The notes under the pieces were generated by a model. It worked only from the letters and a program-made list of their open reading frames with translations. It had not been told where the DNA came from and made no database searches. A DNA stretch of 64,000 nt from a virus. A program made the position numbers and the translations under genes. Location: IMG/VR virus record IMGVR_UViG_3300022602_004075, positions 4,750 to 68,749 of that record; one strand, written 5' to 3'. Position 1 is the stretch's first letter, and each line of letters begins with the position of its first letter. Shown here piece after piece: positions 57,421 through 64,000 of this stretch.

Positions 57421-58317
57421 ATGGCTCGCAACAATTATCTAAATAACAAAGATATACTCAAAGAAATTCACAAAAGCAAAAATACCTACTGTTGTTTTGT
57501 CACACCAGATGTAGCCGACTACGACATGATCTTGCCAGATGTCAGCAAAATAAACAAAAAGAACATACTACAGGCACGCAAAGATCGTGCTGTGCGCCTT
57601 ACCAAATTGGCACATGAAGCTGCTACTGCAGATGGTACCAAACGCAAAATGGACGAATTCGAAGTCAAGCTCAAAGACGTGGCCGATACTGATGTGGTAT
57701 TTAGAGTCATGACCTGGGACCATATTCCAGTTGATGATGTCAAAAGCCGCAAAGCTGCTGTCAAAGCATTGGAATTGGAAGACGAAGGACCTGCACGTTC
57801 AGAATACGACGACGATGAGTTGGATATTGCCGGCAATACCAAATATGTCAAAGTGAACTTTCCACCATTTGAACACTACCAAGTGGACGAAGCCGGCGAA
57901 CCTGTTTGTGTGGGCCGCAGTCACTGGGTAGGCACACTGAAAAAAGGTCATTTTTCAAAGGATCATGGTAAAATGACTCCCAAACTGGCTCACATGTTTA
58001 TCAAGCTGTGCGAACGCTATGCCACACGTAGCAACTGGCGTGGTTATACCTACAACGACGAAATGCGCAGCCAAGCATTACTACAACTATCACAGATTGG
58101 ACTACAATTCGATGAGTTTAAGAGTCAGAACCCTTTTGCTTATTATACTGCCGCTATCACTAATAGTTTTACTCGCGTTCTTAACATAGAAAAGCGTAAT
58201 CAAAACTTACGTGACGACATTTTAGAAATGAACAACTTGACCCCAAGTTACACACGCCAAGGCGCCAAAATCAGTTCTTCATCTGGTGGCAGCGACGGCG
58301 GCAGTTACGATGACTAA
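57421..58317 (+). CDS. gp55: Late-transcription sigma factor, T4 gp55-like
   Basis: NYLNNKDIL, YTYNDEM and FD..KSQNPFAYYT...NSF. AAGGA RBS before the ATG at 57421; syntenic with gp47/gp46. Confidence 0.85.
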   Translation: MARNNYLNNKDILKEIHKSKNTYCCFVTPDVADYDMILPDVSKINKKNILQARKDRAVRLTKLAHEAATADGTKRKMDEFEVKLKDVADTDVVFRVMTWDHIPVDDVKSRKAAVKALELEDEGPARSEYDDDELDIAGNTKYVKVNFPPFEHYQVDEAGEPVCVGRSHWVGTLKKGHFSKDHGKMTPKLAHMFIKLCERYATRSNWRGYTYNDEMRSQALLQLSQIGLQFDEFKSQNPFAYYTAAITNSFTRVLNIEKRNQNLRDDILEMNNLTPSYTRQGAKISSSSGGSDGGSYDD

Positions 58318-59458
58318 AGCGGTTTATTGTACCGCACCTTGGAACGGACTGACAATACGAGAAAATGGCATTGTCAGAACCTGTTGCAACGGCATATCAC
58401 CACTTGGCGATCTAAAACGAGAATCAATCGAAACTGTAGAAAAGTCTGCAGTTTTGACCGACATCAAACAGACGTTGTTGCAAAACAAACCGCACCCCAA
58501 TTGTCAAAGCTGTGTTGACGCTGAACGTACATCGGGATTTTCTTCCCTACGTCATCACTACAATACTTTTTATCCAACTATCAATGCCGATATTGAACTT
58601 AAATTTATTGATATCAGATGGAACAACACCTGTAACCTAAACTGTTTGTATTGTGGGCCGCAGTTCAGCAGCACGTGGGCAGATCGATTACAGATACGTT
58701 CAGACCGTCCGGTCAAGCCCTATCAGGATGAGTTGTTGGATTGGATACTGACCAAAATTGATACTGTTGAGGAAATCATGCTGGTTGGCGGCGAACCCAT
58801 GTTGATGAAACAAAATCATGTGTTGTTTTCAAAGTTGCCCCAAAACACCAAAATCAGTATCATAACCAACCTGTCCTATGACATTGAAAAATTGCCGTGT
58901 ATATCAGATTTGTTGGCAAGACCCAAAGACCGAATCATGTGGAACATCAGCGCAGAAAACACCCACGACAAATACGAATACATAAGGTCTGGTGCCGAGT
59001 GGTCTCAGGTTGAGCGTAATCTTAAATTTTTAGTACAGCATTGGCCCGATACTGTGTCAATGGACATGGTATATTGCCTGTTTAGTGCGTTTGACCTTCC
59101 GGATACCATTACAAAACTATCGGCTCTGGGAATCAAAAAAATCCTGTTGAGTCCAGTGCAAGGTCAAAAAGAAATCACATTGGGCAATATGCCACGTGAA
59201 ATCAAACAACAGGCCAAACAACTGTTGATAGCAGCAGAGACCCTACATAAAAAATCCATACGGCCAAGGCAGGACATTGAACTGTATCCATTGGTAGGTG
59301 TCAACGACATTATTGCCAATTTGGATACCGACACAGAATCTGTTGTGTCATTGGACGAATTTGACAGCAAAATTGCCTGGTATGATCAATGGGGTCCTAA
59401 GAAATTCAACAGCTTATGGCCCGAATTGGCTGATACCGTACGCAAACATTTGGTTTGA
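58310..59458 (+). CDS. Radical SAM protein with N-terminal Twitch-like domain (#10)
   Basis: Likely start MTKAVY at 58310. CTAPW...TCC...CQSC, then CNLNCLYC and GGEP. Confidence 0.88.
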   Translation: MTKAVYCTAPWNGLTIRENGIVRTCCNGISPLGDLKRESIETVEKSAVLTDIKQTLLQNKPHPNCQSCVDAERTSGFSSLRHHYNTFYPTINADIELKFIDIRWNNTCNLNCLYCGPQFSSTWADRLQIRSDRPVKPYQDELLDWILTKIDTVEEIMLVGGEPMLMKQNHVLFSKLPQNTKISIITNLSYDIEKLPCISDLLARPKDRIMWNISAENTHDKYEYIRSGAEWSQVERNLKFLVQHWPDTVSMDMVYCLFSAFDLPDTITKLSALGIKKILLSPVQGQKEITLGNMPREIKQQAKQLLIAAETLHKKSIRPRQDIELYPLVGVNDIIANLDTDTESVVSLDEFDSKIAWYDQWGPKKFNSLWPELADTVRKHLV

Positions 59459-59469
59459 ATAAATTAGAT

Positions 59470-59498
59470 TTGAGTTTTGTTAAACTTTCGTTTATAAT
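59470..59498 (+). promoter_or_regulatory. sigma70-like promoter for gp47
   Basis: TTGAGT, 17-nt spacer, TATAAT; ATG 8 nt downstream. Confidence 0.6.
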
Positions 59499-59506
59499 TG
59501 ATTGAT

Positions 59507-60526
59507 ATGACTAACCTTTTTAAAAAGGCGGCTATATTCACTGACATCCATTTTGGACTAAAGTCAAATAGTACGCTACACAACGAAGATTGTTTGAATT
59601 TTGTAAAGTGGGCTACTACCAAAGCTCTGGAGGAAGGGTGCGACACCGCGCTCTTTCTTGGTGACTGGCATAACAATCGTGCCAGCATTAACATCCTTAC
59701 CTTACAATACAGTCTACAAGCACTGGAGCACTTGAATGCCAACTTCGCGAACACATACTTTATTCCGGGCAACCATGACCTGTACTATCGTGATAAACGT
59801 GATGTACAATCTGTGGAGTGGGCCAAACACCTTACCAATATTCACATTTGCAACGATTGGGTTACTATGGGCGATGTTACTATTGCTCCTTGGCTTGTGG
59901 GCGATGACTTTAAGCGGCTTAAGAAACTAAAAGGCAAATACATGTTTGGGCACTTTGAACTGCCCGGATACTTGATGAATGCCATGGTGGCCATGCCGGA
60001 TCACGGCGAAGTGGATCCCAAGAATGATCTAAAAGGATTTGAACATGTGTATTCGGGCCACTTTCACAAGCGTCAAACTCGCGGCAATGTCACTTACTTG
60101 GGCAACTGCTTTCCGCACAACTATGCCGACGCTGGCGACGATGACAGAGGCTTAATGATCTTGGAATGGGACAAACCGCCGGTGTATCATGCCTGGCCTG
60201 ATCAACCCATGTATCGTGTATTCAATCTAAGTGACGTGCTCAAACATACCGAAGTCATGCTCAAACCCAACATGCATGTGCGTGTGAATTTGGATATCGA
60301 TATCAGCTACGAAGAAGCCACGTTTATCAAAGAAACATTTATTGATACTTACCAGCTGAGAGAGATCACATTGATTCCGGCCAAAGTGACCGACTTGACC
60401 GAATACGAAATACAGGGCAATATAGCATTCGAATCAGTGGATCAAATTGTGTTTGGCCAGCTGAACTCAATCGAAAGCGAACAATTTAACAAAAATCTAC
60501 TGTTAGATATCTACAGGAATCTTTGA
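59507..60526 (+). CDS. gp47: Recombination endonuclease subunit (Mre11/SbcD-like)
   Basis: Phosphoesterase motifs DIH, GDWH, GNHD, GHF and SGHFH. Confidence 0.92.
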   Translation: MTNLFKKAAIFTDIHFGLKSNSTLHNEDCLNFVKWATTKALEEGCDTALFLGDWHNNRASINILTLQYSLQALEHLNANFANTYFIPGNHDLYYRDKRDVQSVEWAKHLTNIHICNDWVTMGDVTIAPWLVGDDFKRLKKLKGKYMFGHFELPGYLMNAMVAMPDHGEVDPKNDLKGFEHVYSGHFHKRQTRGNVTYLGNCFPHNYADAGDDDRGLMILEWDKPPVYHAWPDQPMYRVFNLSDVLKHTEVMLKPNMHVRVNLDIDISYEEATFIKETFIDTYQLREITLIPAKVTDLTEYEIQGNIAFESVDQIVFGQLNSIESEQFNKNLLLDIYRNL

Positions 60527-61977
60527 TGCAGGTATCTGGTCACGAGCTACAGTATGATTATGAAATTTTGCTGTGCGAGGATCTGGCAACCATAACTCGC
60601 GATCCGTCCACTGTGTATCAACAGTTGCAGTCGGTATATCAACCAACGTTTGACAATCAACAACGCATAGTGTATTTTACAAAATACCAACCGTCAACAG
60701 AACTGTTGGATCATTTGCACCGTGCCATGGAAGTGATTGGTATCAGCGGATCTTTTGTTATATTGTGTTGCGATCATGCAGTCGATATCAACAAATACGC
60801 AGATCCGATTGTTATAAACCGTGTCACTGGTACCAGATCTGATCCACTGGAATCCAATTTTAATTTGCCAGACAAGTTTTGTCCGTTGCCGTGGATGCAC
60901 CTTGAACTGCGTCACAACAGCGATATAAGTCCATGCTGTGTCAGTACCGACATTGTTGGTAGTGCCAGTACCGACGATCTTCGTAGTGTTCTAAATAATA
61001 AAAAAATGTCTCAGTTGCGTGAAGATTTTTTGTCTGGGCAACAGCCTGCAGGTTGCCAGCATTGCTGGCGCATAGAAGACCAGGGGCAGATATCTAATCG
61101 ACAGTTCCATAAAAAATATCTCGCAAAGAAATTTCATTTGCAATATGCACACGATTTACAAATACGTAGCTTGGATGTCAAACCAGGCAATGTTTGCAAT
61201 TTCAAATGTCGAATTTGCAATCCTACCAGTAGCAGTTTGTATGCCGACGAAGCTCGCAAATTCAATCACAACAAAACCTTTGCTATCAGTCCGCAACAAG
61301 AGTACAACGATTATATATGGAATCAATTCACTGAGTTGTTGCCAACCATTGAGAATTTGGATTTCTACGGCGGGGAACCTTTTTTAGTAAAAAAGATTGC
61401 AACTTTGTTGAAAGAAGCTGTGGATAAAGATTATGCCAACCGTATAAGAGTCACGTTCAACAGCAACGGGTCCATATACCCAGAAGAAACGATTGACCTG
61501 TTGGAACAGTTTCGATCTGTGGACATTGCCCTCAGCATAGATAACATCGGCAAAAGATTTGAGCTGGAACGTGGTGGTGTATGGACCGAAGTCGAACAAA
61601 ATATACTACGCTTTCGTCAATTGGAAAGCGATAAAATGCACGTACATCTTTGGCCCACTGTGAACATACAAAACATATACTATCTTGATGAAATATTTGC
61701 ATGGGCAGAACAACACAGTATTGATGTCAATCTTAATTTTTTAGATGGACCAGACTGGGCCAATATTGAATCCTTGACCACAGCGGCTATCACCCTGATA
61801 GCGAACAAATACCAAGATTCCAAAATTCCACAGTTGCAAGAACTAAGCCGATGGGTTAAAACATTCAAAGGCAACACCGGCGAAGAATTTGTGCGGGCCA
61901 TGAAGAAATTTGATCAGATTAGATCTCAAGATTTTGCGGCCTCGCATCCAGAAATTGCTCATGCCATGGGCTATTGA
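60526..61977 (+). CDS. Radical SAM protein with Twitch-like domain and extra N-terminal domain (#11)
   Basis: TGATG coupling to gp47. CPLPW...PCC...CQHC, then CNFKCRIC and GGEP. Confidence 0.88.
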   Translation: MQVSGHELQYDYEILLCEDLATITRDPSTVYQQLQSVYQPTFDNQQRIVYFTKYQPSTELLDHLHRAMEVIGISGSFVILCCDHAVDINKYADPIVINRVTGTRSDPLESNFNLPDKFCPLPWMHLELRHNSDISPCCVSTDIVGSASTDDLRSVLNNKKMSQLREDFLSGQQPAGCQHCWRIEDQGQISNRQFHKKYLAKKFHLQYAHDLQIRSLDVKPGNVCNFKCRICNPTSSSLYADEARKFNHNKTFAISPQQEYNDYIWNQFTELLPTIENLDFYGGEPFLVKKIATLLKEAVDKDYANRIRVTFNSNGSIYPEETIDLLEQFRSVDIALSIDNIGKRFELERGGVWTEVEQNILRFRQLESDKMHVHLWPTVNIQNIYYLDEIFAWAEQHSIDVNLNFLDGPDWANIESLTTAAITLIANKYQDSKIPQLQELSRWVKTFKGNTGEEFVRAMKKFDQIRSQDFAASHPEIAHAMGY

Positions 61978-62002
61978 TTTTGTCCAAATATTACTGTATA
62001 CT
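61974..62002 (+). promoter_or_regulatory. sigma70-like promoter for gp46
   Basis: TTGATT, 17-nt spacer, TATACT; ATG 8 nt downstream. Confidence 0.55.
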
Positions 62003-62010
62003 ACTACTAT

Positions 62011-63780
62011 ATGTTTAAAATAAAAGACCTTACTGTTCGTAACTTTATGAGTGTGGGCAATACCACACAGGCTGTGAACTTTGATCGGCGAGACCTGACT
62101 TTGGTATTGGGTGAAAATTTGGACTTGGGCGGGGACGATACCGGAGCACGGAATGGCACAGGTAAAACTACCATTATCAATGCACTGAGTTATGCCCTGT
62201 ACGGCAATGCCTTGACCAATATCAAAAAAGACAACTTGATCAACAAGACCAATGCCAAAGGCATGATGGTCACCATTGATTTTGAAAAGGACGGCGAGGC
62301 ATATCGTATTGAGCGTGGGCGTAAACCCAATACCATGAAGTTTTTTGTAGGCGATACTGAAAAAGAGATTACCGACGATGCACAAGGCGATAGCCGCGAA
62401 ACACAGGCCGAAATAGAACGCATGTTGGGCATGAGTCACGAGATGTTCAAACACATTGTGGCCTTAAACACTTACACTGAACCATTTTTAGCACTCAAAG
62501 CCAACGATCAGCGTACCTTGATTGAACAGTTGTTGGGCATCACACTATTAAGCGAAAAGGCTGATCGACTAAAAGAAGCCGGCAAAGCCACACGAGATGC
62601 TATCACTGCCGAAGAAGCACGTATCAAGGCAGTGGGTGATGCCAACAAGCGGATCGAAGAACAAATTGAAAGCCTGAAGCGTAGGCAAGGCCTATGGACT
62701 ACCAAACATGAAGAAGAGATCGAGAAACTACAGACAGCAATCGAAGAACTACAGAAAATCGACATCCAGGCCGAGATTCAGGCACACCAAGCGTTCAAGA
62801 CATGGGATCAGACTCGAAAGGATCTCAATGAACTATCGTCGGCGATTACACGCACCAAAATGGACCTTTCCCGAGAGGAAAAAACGGTTAGCAAAATATC
62901 AGCAGAACTTGTTTCGCTTGAGAATCATACGTGTCACACCTGCGGTCAGGAGTTCCATGACACAAAGCACCAACAGGTCTTGGGATCAAAGCAGAGAGAT
63001 TTATCAACAGCAAAGCAGAATCAGGAACAGCATGCTGCCACCTTGGCTGAACTACAGTCGGCTCACGATGGGCTGGGCACTTTGGGTCCACGACCAGTGA
63101 CCTTTTATGACAAAGAGTCAGATGCTATTCATCATCAGGCATCAGTGGATAGTTTGGTCAAACAGTTGGAAACCAAATTGTTGGAACAAGATCCCTACAT
63201 AGAACAAATTGCAGAAATGCAAGAAAAAGGCATTGAGGAAATTGATTATGCTGTCATGAATGATCTGGCCAACTTGCGAGATCATCAAGAGTTCTTGCTA
63301 AAATTATTGACCAATAAAGATTCATTTATTCGCAAACGCATCATTGATCAAAATCTCAGTTATCTAAATGCCCGTCTGGGACAATACTTGGATCGTATTG
63401 GTTTGCCGCATCAGGTCCGGTTCAACAACGACTTGAGTGTAACTATCACAGAATTGGGTCGAGACTTGGACTTTGATAACTTGAGTCGCGGCGAGCGCAA
63501 CAGACTTATATTGAGTTTGTCCTGGGCATTCCGTGATGTGTGGGAAAGCCTATATCAACCTATTAACTTGTTGTTTATCGATGAGCTGGTGGATTCGGGC
63601 ATGGATAGCTCGGGTGTGGAAAATGCCTTGGCTATTCTTAAAAAGATGAGCAGAGAAAGCAACAAATCAATTTGGTTAGTGTCGCACAAGGATGAGCTGG
63701 CTGGACGTGTAAACAATACCTTGCACGTGGTCAAAGAAAATGGTTACACCAGCTACAATACCGACGTGGAAATGGTCTAA
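62011..63780 (+). CDS. gp46: Recombination ATPase subunit (Rad50/SbcC-like)
   Basis: Walker A NGTGKTT, coiled coil with CHTC zinc hook, LSRGE signature, FIDE Walker B and VSH. Confidence 0.94.
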   Translation: MFKIKDLTVRNFMSVGNTTQAVNFDRRDLTLVLGENLDLGGDDTGARNGTGKTTIINALSYALYGNALTNIKKDNLINKTNAKGMMVTIDFEKDGEAYRIERGRKPNTMKFFVGDTEKEITDDAQGDSRETQAEIERMLGMSHEMFKHIVALNTYTEPFLALKANDQRTLIEQLLGITLLSEKADRLKEAGKATRDAITAEEARIKAVGDANKRIEEQIESLKRRQGLWTTKHEEEIEKLQTAIEELQKIDIQAEIQAHQAFKTWDQTRKDLNELSSAITRTKMDLSREEKTVSKISAELVSLENHTCHTCGQEFHDTKHQQVLGSKQRDLSTAKQNQEQHAATLAELQSAHDGLGTLGPRPVTFYDKESDAIHHQASVDSLVKQLETKLLEQDPYIEQIAEMQEKGIEEIDYAVMNDLANLRDHQEFLLKLLTNKDSFIRKRIIDQNLSYLNARLGQYLDRIGLPHQVRFNNDLSVTITELGRDLDFDNLSRGERNRLILSLSWAFRDVWESLYQPINLLFIDELVDSGMDSSGVENALAILKKMSRESNKSIWLVSHKDELAGRVNNTLHVVKENGYTSYNTDVEMV

Positions 63781-64000
63781 TGACTGAAATACTGTTTTCG
63801 GGTTGTTTGTTTACCAAAGGTGTGGGTTTAGCATTGGAGGATAAAGATCCCAACAATGCCTGTAATGTGTTTGCTCAAGAATGTTTCGCAGACAATTATC
63901 ACTGTACCAATGTGTCTCGCGGCGGATATTCTAATCTCAGTATATATTTTGCTACCGCAACAGGCCTGTTGAAAAAACAATACGATTATGCATTTGTATC
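63780..64000 (+). CDS. 5' part of an SGNH-like protein, truncated by the window edge
   Basis: TAATG overlap with gp46. MTEILFSGCLFTKGVG...NVSRGGYSN resembles 8331..8975. Confidence 0.55.
   Translation, partial: MTEILFSGCLFTKGVGLALEDKDPNNACNVFAQECFADNYHCTNVSRGGYSNLSIYFATATGLLKKQYDYAFV

Noticed and set aside
57421-63780. Homing endonucleases, introns or inteins in gp55/gp47/gp46
   Set aside because: The core ORFs are uninterrupted, and the inserted genes carry rSAM motifs rather than HNH, GIY-YIG or LAGLIDADG motifs.
1-64000. Alternative genetic code (stop-codon reassignment), as seen in some large phages
   Set aside because: Genes are full length and tightly packed in the standard code, and TAA, TAG and TGA all end genes at sensible, often coupled positions.
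1-64000. tRNA, rRNA or other structured RNA genes
   Set aside because: Intergenic gaps are almost all under ~125 nt and I saw no cloverleaf or rRNA signature. A covariance search was not possible.

Overview
The whole window looks like part of a large T4-like (myovirus) phage genome in the standard genetic code. From 26.4 to 57.3 kb the minus strand carries a virion module: three related tail-fibre proteins, a glycine-rich protein, a 3768-aa structural protein, and gp6-, gp25-, gp5-, hub-, gp53- and tube-initiator-like baseplate genes. Six of these genes are preceded by a RATAAATA late-promoter motif. From 57.4 kb the plus strand carries a gp55-like late sigma factor and gp47/gp46 (Mre11/Rad50-like). 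The most unusual element is a ~21-kb, 23-gene, almost gap-free minus-strand operon (26308->5205) directly downstream of the tail genes. It encodes three glycosyltransferase-like proteins, nine radical SAM enzymes (eight with an N-terminal Twitch-like Cys domain), two paralogous His-motif proteins, three SGNH-like proteins, a NodU/CmcH carbamoyltransferase, an APS-kinase/nucleotidyltransferase fusion, and two small ORFs missing from the ORF track. An NDP-sugar epimerase, a DegT aminotransferase and two more GT-like genes lie next to it. Two further radical SAM paralogues are inserted between gp55, gp47 and gp46, giving 11 in total. My working hypothesis (inference) is a phage-encoded glycan-building and radical-tailoring system that decorates the virion, the phage DNA or the host surface. 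All family calls come from motif reading by eye; no database searches were run.
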